Source: Negaprion brevirostris (taxonomy: Eukaryota). From it: a stretch of 61,782 bases of DNA. Below the pieces are notes generated by a model that saw nothing but the letters and a program-made list of their open reading frames with translations, did not search any database and was not told the DNA's origin. The stretch lies in assembly GCA_030324005.1 (NCBI GenBank), contig JARDVH010000163.1:25688998-25750779 (forward strand), read 5' to 3'. Every line of letters begins with the position of its first letter. The first letter of the stretch is position 1. Shown here piece by piece: positions 12,901 through 25,545 of the stretch. A program made the position numbers and the translations under genes.

Positions 12901-15900
12901 TATCAAGAAATCTTTGAAGCCAGAGAAGATTTGACCAATTTCTGTATCTTGTATTCTGTGCTTTGTAGCTGAATAAACATCTATTTGATGGTGCTGCATG
13001 TTGCTCTGAAATCAGCTTGTTTTCTGTCACCCATGTGAAGTTTAAGTCAATGGTCCAGATTGTGTTGTAGCAGGGCACCTAGTGGTGTTAGACTCGTCTT
13101 GGCACCTTCAACTCAAAATAATTTTGCCCACCAAGTTGCTGAAAGTATGAGCTGATAATGCGCAGTGAAGGAAAATGGCACCTCAAACTTGAGGGTAAGC
13201 AACAACATATCTTCATAATAAATGAGATCTAAGAATTAAGAAATAAATACAGAAAGGGTTGAGAAGGAACATAAACTAAAGTGGGTGAATTCCATGTTAA
13301 ATCAGACACAAAAAGACAAACCAAGAAAGGGAAATAAATTTGATTGAGATGAAGAGAATAAAGAGATAAAGGAAAATTAAAATAAATTTACATTTTTCAT
13401 TTTTGGGACTCTACAGTTGCAGTAGTCAATTGTTGCTGCAATAGAGGTGATTGACAGTTATTAGCGCTTAAATTATTAATTGGGTACTTTTGTTTGTAAT
13501 TGTTAGCCCTAAATATCTGTGGTAAGTTTAATTTGTATTTGCCATACAAACACAGCAGTTTCATAATACGCAATATGTGGCAATTTCTCAAATTAAAATA
13601 ACCAGACAGCAATATTTAGAAATTGATATTTAATCAAGCATTTGCCCAGGCCTGAATTTGTTGTACCATTAACGTACAAATAATGATGAAAACCATTAGC
13701 CTCGCGGTTACTTCAACAGCAATATCTGGCTCATATAAAATTATCTTATTGGTTTGACGGTTTTCTGACATGATGATCATTTGCGGAAAGCAATAATCAA
13801 CAACATGTTGATTTCTTAAGGAATTTGTTGTCACTGCTTTTTTTTAAGAGTTGATATTCATGTTACCTGTTGGCCCAAATTTTGTTGTAGTAGATATTGT
13901 AAATTTTTAGGTTTTTAAATTATTTATGTGGCAGGTTGCTGAAAGAGCACACTGATAATACATCAGTGAGGGAAACAGGGCAGCTGGGACCTGAATAGGA
14001 CAAACAACTGTGTATCTCCTTAATCAATCAAATTGAAGGATTGAAAAATAAACAGTGCATGGGGTAAGAAGGAGGTGTAAATGAAAGTGGGTAAATTCAA
14101 TGTCAAATCAGGTATAGAAAGAGAAATAGAAGGAAAGAAAGATTGGATTAAGAGAGAAGGGAAAAAAAAGTCTCTCCTTTTCTCAATTAACAGTGATAAT
14201 ACTCATCCTCTCCATGAAGCTTCAATTGACCCCTTGTTCACATTTGACTCCCTTCTTTTGCCGATTGTGATGCTCTGAGCTCCTAGTATGCTTCTCATTT
14301 TGTTATTAATGAAATTCTGATTTAAGTTGTGGCTCGTAATTTCTGATCTTGCAAAACTATTTTGGTTTTGTGAATTTCCATCCTGAGTGCGCCGCAGAGC
14401 TTGATCCCAGAGAAGTATTGGGTAGAGTTTGGAAGGTAAAGGCATCTAGCAAAGGCAATTTTTGTGCTAATAAAATGTTTGATGTCCTCTCTTGCTGAAA
14501 ATCCTATAAAATATCAGACTAGATAATATGGCCATAAATCTTTTTACATGACATTATAAAACAACTGCAGAAATATAGTATACTTATTAACTGCATTATA
14601 ACCAAGTACAAAATAATTTGCCTAAATCAGACTTAAAATGATTTATGTTAACACCTGAAGTTTGATTGGAATGTTTTTTTTCACAGGCACATAGAATTTT
14701 TTCATTATTCAACTGCCTGGAATGGAATTTAGTTATCTTTGGTAATAGCAATTACCTGATTTTGAATTCTTAAAAATATTGTTGGTAATCCTCTGAGCTT
14801 ACTTGTAATACTGTCTTTTGATGAACCTCTCACACAATGGCTGAACGCTGACTTTAAATCTAGAACCACACTGGCAGGAGACAGGAGATAAATCGTTCAT
14901 GCCCAATCGAGTGCATATTGTAACAGAATGACTTGCTTTCTGATGCGTGAAATCAGTTGCCAGTCTGTACTTTTACCAGCTGTATTTTTAGTGTCAAGTT
15001 GGAAGGAAAGAGTCATGAATAATACAATGGAAAACATAGCTAATAGGTTTTTAAGTACAATGCAAATATGCTCCTGGACCATATGCCAATTATATTTAAT
15101 TCCATTTTATATTTAACCTGACTTCTCAAGTTTTCATGTAATTTTCTAGCATGTCATAGCTATTGGAAGAAGACATTGCAGTTAAATATATTTTATATTC
15201 AGTGCTTTATTTTTATTTTGAAAAGTAAGGTTTATAGCTTTGCATTTACTTCTGAGTTTATTTTTTAGGAGTGGTAATATGTGATTAATGATATGTTAAA
15301 AAGAGCATTCTTATTGTAATTCAACGACTGTTTGTGTTTTAATGATGGAAATTTACCACATTCCTGGCATTGCGCCAGAATTTTAATATTTAGTATTTAT
15401 GCTAATGTTGTGCATTTTACAATAATTATTCTTTAACCCTTAGTTATGCAGAGTAGCATCATTTATCCAAGCAGCAGCAATTCATGCTTTCATTCAGTTC
15501 ACATTTCTAAAAAAATCATTTAAGAATATGTCTATTTATTACTTTAGAAAAGCAACATTTTTTAACTGTGTACTACTGTTTTTAAGGTACATGAATAAAA
15601 CCATCCAATGCAGAAGGAAGCCATTCAGCCCATCATTTCTACTCTCTGTTTGCTAATTCAATTGAGGATTAATTTTACTGCCTCCCTCTCTCCCTATAGC
15701 TCTTCATGTTTTCTCTGCTTTAAATGTTTATCCACTCTTTCTTTCAGGGAAGACTCTCAGAAGTTATTTTTGTGAGTCTTAACCCTGTAAACCTCAGCAA
15801 AAAATGAAATTGAAACTTTATTTTCAGGCTTCTGGGCTTTAGTGGCAATCAATGGATCATGGTAATGATTGTAATTTCCACACATTTCTGGAGTGCTTTA

Positions 15901-16429
15901 ACTAGAGGAGATGTTTTTCGAATATTAAATTGTAATTGTTTGTCTTTGCCGCCTTCTCCTGAATTTTGTAATGAAATTGTAACAACTTCTGACATAATGG
16001 ATTTCAAATGTTAGTGTGAGTAGTTTTGAATGATTAATACTTTTATACAGTAATTCCCTTCATTCTATCTTTGAACTGAAGTGTCATTATAAATGGCTAC
16101 TCTGTGAAGTTAATAATTCTGCCTATTAATCAGTGGACTAAAGTCTTCAGTGACTTGGTTGTATTATTCACTATTATCTGAAGATTAATATATGTCATGT
16201 GCAGAACAACTAAAATATGTAAGCTTTTCTAATTTTTACTTGAAAATTTTGTCAATATATGTGTCAATACTTAACCAGAGAAATCCTTACAAGTTTATAT
16301 TGAAAGGTCAAGATCTTGTATTGTGCAATGTATGTGAATTGTTATTGTGTGATGTATGTGAATGTTTTACTTGATATGTGTAATAAACAAATAGGTTTTT
16401 ATGGGAGCACATTATAAAAAGTTAAAAAC

Positions 16430-18115
16430 GTAAAAAATAACAGCAGGAATAGACTACATGGACTCTCGAGTCTGCTCCACCATTCAATATGACCAAGGCT
16501 GATCTTCAGCTTTAATTCCTCTTTCTCGCCTATTCTCCATATCCCTTAATTCCCTGCAAGACCAAAAATCTGTCCATCTCTGCCTGAATATATCCCAATG
16601 ATAGAGCTTCCACATGTCTCGGGGTAGAGAATTCTGAAAATTCCCAACTTTTGAACGAATGAAGAAATTCCTCTTCATCTCAGTCTGAAATGATCAGCCC
16701 CTGTCCTGAGACTGAGCTGGATTTGCCATGGGACTGGAAAATCTCACCCTGTGTTCTTGATTCCTAAGTGAGGAGAAAGAATTTTGCAATGTCTTCCCTA
16801 TCATTTCTGTTCAGGAACTTACATGTTCCAATGAGAAGACCTCCCATTCTTCTAAACTCCAGAGAGTTTAGGCTCAATTTGCTCTGTCTCCTGTTATAGG
16901 ATAACCCTCTCATCCTCAGAACTAATCTAGTGAACCTTCGCTGTCTTGTTTCCAAGGTCAGTATCTTTTTCCTTAGACATGGTGAACAAAATTACGCACA
17001 ATACTCCTGGTGTGGTCTCAACAAAGCCCTGTATAATTGCAGCAAGACTTCTTTATTCTTATATTCTAATTCCCCTACAATACAAGCCAGCATGCTATTT
17101 TTATTCCTAATTGCATGCTATTCCTGCATACTAACTTCCTGTATTCCTTGTAGAAGTGTATTCAAGTCTTTCTGTCCATCAATATTTAANNNNNNNNNNN
17201 NNNNNNNNNNNNNNNNNNNNNNNNNNNNNNNNNNNNNNNNNNNNNNNNNNNNNNNNNNNNNNNNNNNNNNNNNNNNNNNNNNNNNNNNNTTAAAGTTTCA
17301 TGCCTTTTAAAAAATATTCTTTTCAATTTTTGCTACCAAGCTGAATAACTTCACACTTTCCCATCCTATACTCCATCTATCTGTATATCTTAGCAGTGTT
17401 TCTGTGATCTCTTCACAGTCTGTATTCTTGTCTAGTTTTGTATCATCAGGAAACTTGGACACATGACCCTTAGACCTTTCATCTGTCGTTAATATTGATT
17501 TTAAATAGCTGAGGTCCTATCACTTGCAGCCCTTCAATTGTCACAGCCTGCCAATTTGAAAATGCCCTGTTTATCCCTTCTAGTATTTGCTTCCTATACA
17601 TTAAGTAATCCCTTATCCATAATAATAAATTAATCCGAACTCCATGAACCCTTCTTGTATATTATTTTTGTCAGACACTTTATTAAATGCTTGCATTTCC
17701 AAAAGATATACAATATTTGTTGGTTTCCCTTTATCTATCCTGCCAGTGACATCCTTAAAACGAATTAATTCATCAACATCATTGTCCTTTTGTAAAACCA
17801 CGTTGACTCTGCCGATCATAATTTGGTTTTCTCAGGACATTGTTAACTTTTCCTCAACAATATATTCCAGAATACCTGGAATGACTGATGCAAGACTGTC
17901 TGGTGTGTAATTCTCTGTGTTTTCTCTCCCTCTTTTGCATAGCGGTGTTACATTTGCTAATTTCCAATCTGCTGTGACTGTTCTAAAATCTAGTGAATTT
18001 TGGGAAATCATTATTGTTATCTCAGCAACTACCTCGTCTAGAACCTAGGATATAAGCCATCAGGTCCTGAGTTTTTGTCAGATTTCAGACCATTCCGATT
18101 TTCCAGTACATTTTT
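16430..18115 (-). mobile_element. CR1 LINE (RT to 3' UTR)
   Basis: QRRFTRLVLRMRGLSY...LNSLEFRRMGG; RNFFIRSKVGNFQNSLP; DKGKPTNIVYL...AFNKV. Confidence 0.85.
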
Positions 18116-18327
18116 CTGATATTAATATTATAATAAAATGGATACTGTTAGCTTTAAAACAAGTCTGTGGCAGTGAATAAATTAAAATTTTTCCTTTTAT
18201 TGAAAGGAAGACAACAATCCAAAGGTATGATAGTCAAATATTTAGTTGATGATTTTTCGAAATGGAAGATAGTTTGGATTTTATATGCACATCACATGAT
18301 CAGTGCTATTCTCTACAAAGAAATGTT

Positions 18328-18680
18328 GGGCTGGATTCTCTGGCCTCACCCACAGCTGGGATTCTCTGGTCCTGCTGCAGTGAATTGACATTTGAGTGAG
18401 CACCAAATTCTCCATCCTTGCTGGCAGCAGTGGTGGGCCAAGAATGGCAGGAGAATTCTGGCCATTGATTCTGTGGTACTCAGCAGATTCTGCATAAATC
18501 TCAGTCTTTATGGCCAAACTTTTCTGGTGATCTCCTGCCCTGGGTTTCCTGGTGGCAGGGAGTGCATTGAATGGGTAACCTGGTTGACAGCAATGGTACC
18601 TAAAGATCCAGCCACCATCCAATAGTTGGCCATCTCCACCTCCCAAAACACAGCGGAGGGCATGGAAAATCCTGCTTTAT
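18328..18680. mobile_element. Two adjacent Harbinger-type MITE-like elements
   Basis: gggctggattctct...ggagaattctggcc (18328-18462) and ggccaaacttttct...ggaaaatcctgc (about 18512-18675) carry inverted termini of the same family. Confidence 0.5.
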
Positions 18681-18789
18681 GGGTTCTGGAGAATCATTTC
18701 AGGACATTGTGGAAATATCTAACCTTGGAAGTTCTATGATGAACCATGCACATTTTCCTCTATTGGGCTTTGTTTTCCAGGCAGGTTGT

Positions 18790-19260
18790 TTGGCTCACCA
18801 TAAAAAGAAGCCAAACCAGCATATTTGGACACAATGATTTGTTTGTACCAACCACTCTACCAATCTTGGTGTCACCTATTAGCTTGCTTATCATCCATAT
18901 CATTCATGTATGTAATAAACAGTAAGGATTCCAGCACTACACCTTGTGGTACACCACTGGACACTAGCCTCTAGCCACTCAAACAGCCTTCTACATGACC
19001 TTTTATGTCCCATTACATAGCCAGTTTCAGATCCACTTTACCAAATTTCCCTGAATTCCAGATGTTTCAACCTTTCAATCAGTCCCCCATATGGGACCTT
19101 GTCAAAGGCTTTGCTGAAATCCATATAAGCTACATCAGCTACACTTCCCTCACCCATCCACTCGATCACATTTTCAAAAAATTCTATCAAATTTGTTTGG
19201 CAGGACCTCCCATTGCAAAGCCATGCTGACTATCCCTAATTAACCCATGCCTTTCTAAGA
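18790..19260 (-). mobile_element. CR1 LINE RT fragment
   Basis: Reverse strand encodes QHGFAMG...CQTNLIEFFE...YMDFSKAFDKVP. Confidence 0.75.
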
Positions 19261-19289
19261 TAACTTTGGATATAGGTGTAAAGTTAACT

Positions 19290-19815
19290 TCAGATGGCAG
19301 AATAGAACACCAAGGTATGTCATTTAAGGTACACCAATGTGCTGACATTGTCTAGGATGTAGAAAAAGTTCCTTATGAGGAAAGGTTGGACAGATTGGGC
19401 CTGTATCCATTGGCGTTCAGAAGAATTAAGATGATCTATTGAAACAGATAGGATCCTGAGGGAACTTGACAGAGTGGGTGCTGAGATGTTATCCTTTGTG
19501 GGAGAGAAGGGAACTCGGGAACACAATTAAAAGAAGGGTCTCCCATTTAAGATGGAGAAGAGGAGGATTTTCTTTTCTTTTAAGAGGATCGTTAGGTTTT
19601 GGAATTTTCTTCACTGAAAAGCAGTGAAAACAGGTTCATTGAATATTTTTAAGGCTTAGTTAGATAGATTCTTGACTGACAAGCAGGTCAAAGTGTATAG
19701 ATCCTAGATGGGAATGTAGAGTTGAGATCACAATCAGATCAGCCATGATTTTATCAAATGGTGGAGCTAACTCAAGAGATCAAATGACCTATTCCTGCTG
19801 CTAATTTATGTCCAT
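19290..19815 (+). mobile_element. CR1 LINE 3' end
   Basis: YEERLDRLGLYPLAFRRI and the 3' UTR caatcagatcagccatgat...cctattcctgct. Confidence 0.75.
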
Positions 19816-19904
19816 ACTGTTCTATGTGGTGATCACATTGTAAATGACACACTTCAGGTTACCCAAGCAGTTGTAGACATTGGGATGATTTTAACCAAAG
19901 AAAG

Positions 19905-21075
19905 GTGTCCCTTGATGTAGTTGATGCAGTTTACATGGATTTCAGCAAAGCCTTTGACATAGTCCCACATGAGAGACTTATTAAGAAGGCTAATGATTTG
20001 ACAAAGTGGATACATAATTGGCTTCGCAGTAGAAGACAGAAGGTGGTATCAGATGGCTGCTTTAGTGACTGGAGGCCAGTGATCAATGGCATACCACAGG
20101 GATCCGTGCTGTTTGTCATTTACATAAATGACATAGTTGACTATGTGAGGGGTAAGATCAATAAGTTTGTTGATGATATAAAGGTTGGTTGGTGGTTAGC
20201 AGTGAGGTTGAGTGTCTTGGGTTACAGGAAGATATAGATGTAATGGTCAAATGGGCGGATGTGGCAGATGGAATTTAACACTGAAAAGTGTGAAGTGATG
20301 CGCTTTGGAAGGAGTGATTTGACAAGGAAGTATACTAGGAAAGGTCTGACACTGCGGAGTTCCAAAGGACACAGGGATCTTGGTGCGTTTATCCATAGAT
20401 CTCTGAAGGCAGAAAGGCAGGTAAATAGGATGGTGAAAAAGGCGAGTGGCACACTCACCTTTATCAATTGGGGTATAGATTACAAAAGCAGAGAGATCAT
20501 GATGGAGTTGTATAGAACTTTGGTGAGGCCACAGCTGGAGTACTGTGTGTCGTTCTGATTGTCCCANNNNNNNNNNNNNNNNNNNNNNNNNNNNNNNNNN
20601 NNNNNNNNNNNNNNNNNNNNNNNNNNNNNNNNNNNNNNNNNNNNNNNNNNNNNNNNNNNNNNNNNNNNNNNNNNNNNNNNNNNNNNNNNNNNNNNNNNNN
20701 NNNNNNNNNNNNNNNNNNNNNNNNNNNNNNNNNNNNNNNNNNNNNNNNNNNNNNNNNNNNNNNNNNNNNNNNNNNNNNNNNNNNNNNNNNNNNNNNNNNN
20801 NNNNNNNNNNNNNNNNNNNNNNNNNNNNNNNNNNNNNNNNNNNNNNNNNNNNNNNNNNNNNNNNNNNNNNNNNNNNNNNNNNNNNNNNNNNNNNNNNNNN
20901 NNNNNNNNNNNNNNNNNNNNNNNNNNNNNNNNNNNNNNNNNNNNNNNNNNNNNNNNNNNNNNNNNNNNNNNNNNNNNNNNNNNNNNNNNNNNNNNNNNNN
21001 NNNNNNNNNNNNNNNNNNNNNNNNNNNNNNNNNNTGGGCCGAAAGGCTCCTTCTGTACTGTAGCATTCTGTGATT
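19905..21075 (+). mobile_element. CR1 LINE RT and C-terminus (contains a ~470-nt N-gap)
   Basis: VDAVYMDFSKAFDIVPH...GIPQGSVLFVIYINDI...KFVDD; WQMEFNTEKCEVM...LYRTLVRPQLEYCV. Confidence 0.9.
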
Positions 21076-22181
21076 CTGTGAAGGTGGGTTTAGGTTGGTT
21101 CATGGGGTTTAATTCTGAAAGCCAGATTCCTAAACCAAACTCATTTCCAACAGGCTCTCAATCTTTAACTGAAGCAGGGAGGTGGGCAAACAATTAATCC
21201 TCTTCAAGGAGGCTGTTGGCATTTTAAATATGATAATGAAGCTGAGTCTTGCAGTCATTCAGTTTTACAAATTTAACTGTTGTCGGCAGGTTTCTTAATC
21301 CAGCTATATCCACACTCCTGCATGACTTTTGAACAGAGATGCACCCTCCCCCACCCCATCCCCTCTATTGGGACTCCAATTCCCACCATTGGGAGGCCTC
21401 CTAATTCTCCAGCCAACCCCCCTTACTTTCCCATTCACCACCCAGACCTCACTGCACAAGACCTATGACCTCCAAACCCAGATGCCCTGCTGCTGCATGG
21501 AACTACCTGACTCTCACTGACCTGTATCCTATCTGACTGGAAGCCAAATCTGTTAAATCAGGCTGGCTTCAGGACAGGAAACTGACTTGATGACATTGTG
21601 CACTCTTCCATAAAGAGTACTCCATGTGTGGAGGCATTTCAACTCTTGGGCCCGCATGTCTTTCCAAAAACCTCTCTCCAGGCAGGTCAGATAAGTTAAA
21701 GCCCAGGCTATTATGTTTGTTTTAAATTTTGAATTGACAGTCATTTAACTATGGAAATTAGGGTTTGACATCTTAGTTTGAGCAGTAACATTGTAAAAAA
21801 AGAAATAGTTTATCCTGGAAATCTGAAATAAAATGGAAATTGCTGCTGCCCCCTGAAGGAGAAAATTTTGATCAACATTTTGAATGCACCTCATGAATAA
21901 AAGCTGGCAAAGGCACTCAGGTAAAATGCCAACCTTTGCCTTCAGGAGTTGATGCCATTAGACTTATTGGGTGGGATTTTATAGTCTCACTTGTGGTTTC
22001 CATTGTTGGATCCTCGTTCATTCTGATTCTGTGGAAGGCGAGGTGCTAGAGTTCTGGCGATTGTGCATTCACAGCATATTTGGTTTTTATCTCAGTTCCA
22101 AGATCCTTTGAATAGACTTCAATCAATATTATGATCTTAGGCTGGATGGCATTTGGTTAGACCCAATCATGTGTTGCTGCT

Positions 22182-22683
22182 TGTTGGATCCATTCATTCG
22201 TTTGAACAGTCAAGGGGACAGCACTTAGTACGAGCTTAAAAATAGTTTTCTTTTGTTGAACAGAACTTAAAAGATTAACATGACAGAAGAAAAAGTGAAT
22301 TTGGAGACTGGCTTCTCAGCCAGATTCAGTACTGAACTTGAACACACTGAACTGGATCTTGAAACAACTGAACACATATTCTGAAATCAAAACATATTCC
22401 AACACTTATTTCACCACTGGAAGTGTTTTCAACAGGCTGTCTCTGTCTTAGTAAAACAATCCTTGCAGCTGCTGTTATACTGTTGTTTGCCTGCATTGTG
22501 TACGCTTCAGGAATGCAGTCAATTTCTAGCTAACCTCTAGCCTTCACATTCTACATGTAAGTTAGTCAAGTTAGTAGTCACTTGTTAAGCTTAGCAGAGT
22601 TAGTTGCATAGGCAGAAATATCTTAAAATGAAGTATTTGCATAGACTGAAGCAAACAGAGCTAAGCATGCACAGGACCTCTTA
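22182..22683 (-). repeat. ERV 3' LTR
   Basis: Direct repeat of 31217-31688. Starts TGTTGG on + and ends ...ggacctctta (terminal CA mutated to TA). Confidence 0.9.
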
Positions 22684-22698
22684 ATTCCTTCCTTTGAT
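22684..22698 (-). promoter_or_regulatory. Polypurine tract (PPT)
   Basis: Minus-strand AAAGGAAGGAAT directly precedes the 3' LTR and follows the env stop. Confidence 0.8.
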
Positions 22699-22718
22699 TC
22701 AAATATATGAAACCTCTT

Positions 22719-24870
22719 TCAGGTGAGAAATGGTTTGTTTCCCTTTCCCTTTGCAGTCATAATCATCATCACTAAGGAATTACCATTCTGTATTGTCATT
22801 AAAAGGTTACACATGCATTTAAGAAGTAAGAGTATGCAGTATATCATTACAGTAATAACAAAGAATAGCACCAATCCTTGCATCATGGAGCTCCCAATTG
22901 AGCCTAGCCATCCAGTTGCCAGCTCCACAAAGTGGAGGATGGGTACTGTTTAAGTTTCTCAGCTTCCTTTTTAATGTATCTAGCCAAATTAGTAATATTT
23001 TTCAAACTGTCGGGAATATATGTGCAGCACTCAGTCCGAGTTAAGGCACATGTGCCTCCTTGTTCAGCCAGGATGTAGTCAAGTGCCATCCTATTCTGCA
23101 TGGTTATGATATGAATGGCTACCATTTCAACTAAGGTTTCAACAGTGCCATTGGCCACCTTTTCCAGGATGGATGCCATGATGATGGACTCTCTTGCCAG
23201 TTTTGCAGTTCCATACCACTGGAGTAGCATAGTGAAGAATCACTCCATTTCTGTAATTGCTCGCCTTATTCTTTGGCAATGAGGTGGCGTGGGCAGGGAG
23301 GTTGTGTGGTGAATATAAAGTATGATATACCCCAGATAACAAGATCCTGTCCAGGATTAGGATAGCCAGGATAGGCCTTGTAGCTGCAAATAAAGTCGGT
23401 ACCATTACAGGCTATAAATTTCCTGAGTTCCCTGGTGAACATCAAATCATTCTCAGATCGCCAAGGGCCCCCACTGGTTTTGTTGAGGATGGATGACAAG
23501 TTCCACATTTCCACTAACTGGAGACCAGGGCTGACCATGGACAGATTAGGGATATCTCTGCAATTGCTATACCTCATCACTTGTTCTCTGATTTGGTTCC
23601 TAACTAGATAGACCAACTCTTGTGGCCTCCCTATCCCAGAGGTATTAGTGAGGACTACGGATGGTGTTTCACAGGTTGTCTTGTAATTGGGCTGATACCA
23701 TCTGACAAATGAGTTCAAGAAGTAGCCTGCCCACTCCCAGTCTTTTCTCCCTGCTCTTCTGCCTGAGGTCGCTACAGTTTACCTATTGGTCCTGTTACTT
23801 CTAATTAGCCATTCCGCTGTTTCAGACTCATTAAAGTGAACAGGTCTCAATGGAATACTGCCCTTGGAATGTAAAGGTATATGTACGCATACCCAATAAC
23901 TGGAGACATCAGCTTTTTTGGCATAGGCCATGTACACAAAGGTTTACCGGTAATTCTTTGGTCACTTGTTTTGGTTCCTCAGGTGCAAGGGACTGGCAGG
24001 CTGGGAATTGTTAAATGCTTGACATACAAAAGGACAACATAATACTGATTTGATTTGATTTATTATTATCACATGTTTTAACATACAGTGAAATGTATTC
24101 TTTCTTGCACATTATACAGACAAGACATACCATTCATAGAGAAGGAAATGAGAGAGAAAGAGCAAAATGTAATGTAACAGCTAGGGTGTAGAGAAAAATC
24201 AACTTAATGCAAGGTAAGTCCACTCAAAAGTCCGACAGTAGCAGGGAAGAAGCTGTTCTACAGTCGGTTGGTACGTGACCTCAGACTTTTGTATATTTTT
24301 CCCGAAGGAAGAAGGTGGAAGAGAGAATGTCCAGGTTGCGTGGGATCCTTAATTATGCTGGCTGCTTTGCCGAGACAGTGGGAAGTGTAGACAGAATCAG
24401 TGGATGGGAGATTGGTTTGCGTGATGAATTGGGCTACATTCACAACCTTTTGTAATTCCTTGCGATCTTGGGCAGAACAGGAGCCCAAGTTGTGATACAA
24501 CCAGAAAGAATGCTTTCTATGGTGCATCTGTAAATGTTGGCGAGAGTCACAGCTGACATGCCAAATTTCCTTAGTCCTCTGAGAAAGTAGAGGCATTAGT
24601 GGGCTTTCTTAACTATAGTGTCGGCATGGGGGGAACCGGACAGGTGTTTGTGATCTGGACACCTAAAAACCTGAAGCTCTCGACCCTTTCTATTTTGTCT
24701 CCATTGATGTAGACAGGGGCATGTTCTCTTTTATGCTTCCTGAAGTTGATGACAATCTCCTTCGTTTTGTTGACATTGAGAGAGAGATTATTGTTGCCAC
24801 ACTAATTTACCAGATCCTCTATCTCATTCCTGTACACTGTTTAAACTAATAAAATGTGGCTATATGTGCA
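22719..24870 (-). pseudogene. env: Retroviral env, gamma-type (frameshifted; 5' part interrupted by Rex1)
   Basis: SU motif YWVC (degenerate CWVC) near 23890; furin site RIRR at 23261-23272; ISD plus CX6CC MQNRMALDYILAEQGGTCALTRTECCTYIPD; hydrophobic membrane anchor GLVLFFVITVMIYCILLLL. Start codon uncertain. Confidence 0.9.
24046..24835 (-). mobile_element. Rex1/Babar non-LTR retrotransposon 3' fragment inserted in env
   Basis: DRKELQKVVNVAQFIT...IIKDPTQPGHSLFHLLPSGKIYKSLRSRTNRL and a short (TGATT)n tail at 24046-24060. Confidence 0.85.
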
Positions 24871-25261
24871 AGAAGTATAAAAGATAAATGTCCTTAGGTG
24901 CTCTGTTGATCTGCGATGAGTGCATCCAGGTGTTCTTTCCCTGGACCTTGAGGCTGCTTGGGGTAATAGTAGCACTTATGAACGTCTTTCCCACTTGGTT
25001 CCCAGAGGTTCTTTGTGTATCTTCCTCACGTACGCTGAGGCTCCTAAGACAATATCATGCTCTCCTTGTTGCTGACACCTAATGGGAAACAGAACAGATA
25101 ACATTTGTCTGGTTTTTACAATACTCTAACCAAGTGTCGCTCATCAAGTGGAAGTCAGCTTTTCAGAAATCAGTGGTTCTAGGCAACAACATTGGTCTTC
25201 CTGTTATTACTTTAAATGGACTCCAATCCATGGTCATCTTTGGGGTTGCTCTAATACTACA

Positions 25262-25545
25262 CAGGGTTTCCTCCGGATGCTCCAGCTTCCTCCCACAGTC
25301 CAAAGCTTTGCAGGTTAGGTCGTTTGGCCATGCTAAAAAATTGCCTCTTAGTGTCCTGAGATGCGTAGGTTAGAGNNNNNNNNNNNNNNNNNNNNNNNNN
25401 NNNNNNNNNNNNNNNNNNNNNNNNNNNNNNNNNNNNNNNNNNNNNNNNNNNNNNNNNNNNNNNNNNNNNNNNNNNGTCGTGGCTCAGTTCCACACTCCCG
25501 CCCTCTCCCCATAACCCTTAATCCCCTCGCCTGTCAAAAACCTAT
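25262..25545 (+). mobile_element. Partial HE1-like SINE plus CR1-tail fragment inserted in integrase (contains an N-gap)
   Basis: GGGTTTCCTCCGG...CCCACAGTCCAAAG SINE core. The integrase sequence stops and resumes on either side. Confidence 0.7.

Noticed and set aside
12852-12968. 117-nt minus-strand segment with AG/GT boundaries and one open frame
   Set aside because: The peptide is not recognisable, the acceptor is weak, the context resembles a decayed CR1 end, and no partner exons were found.
13073-13090. CTCF-like motif CCACTAGGTGCCC (minus strand)
   Set aside because: Mismatch in the core GGC, a single instance, and no supporting data.
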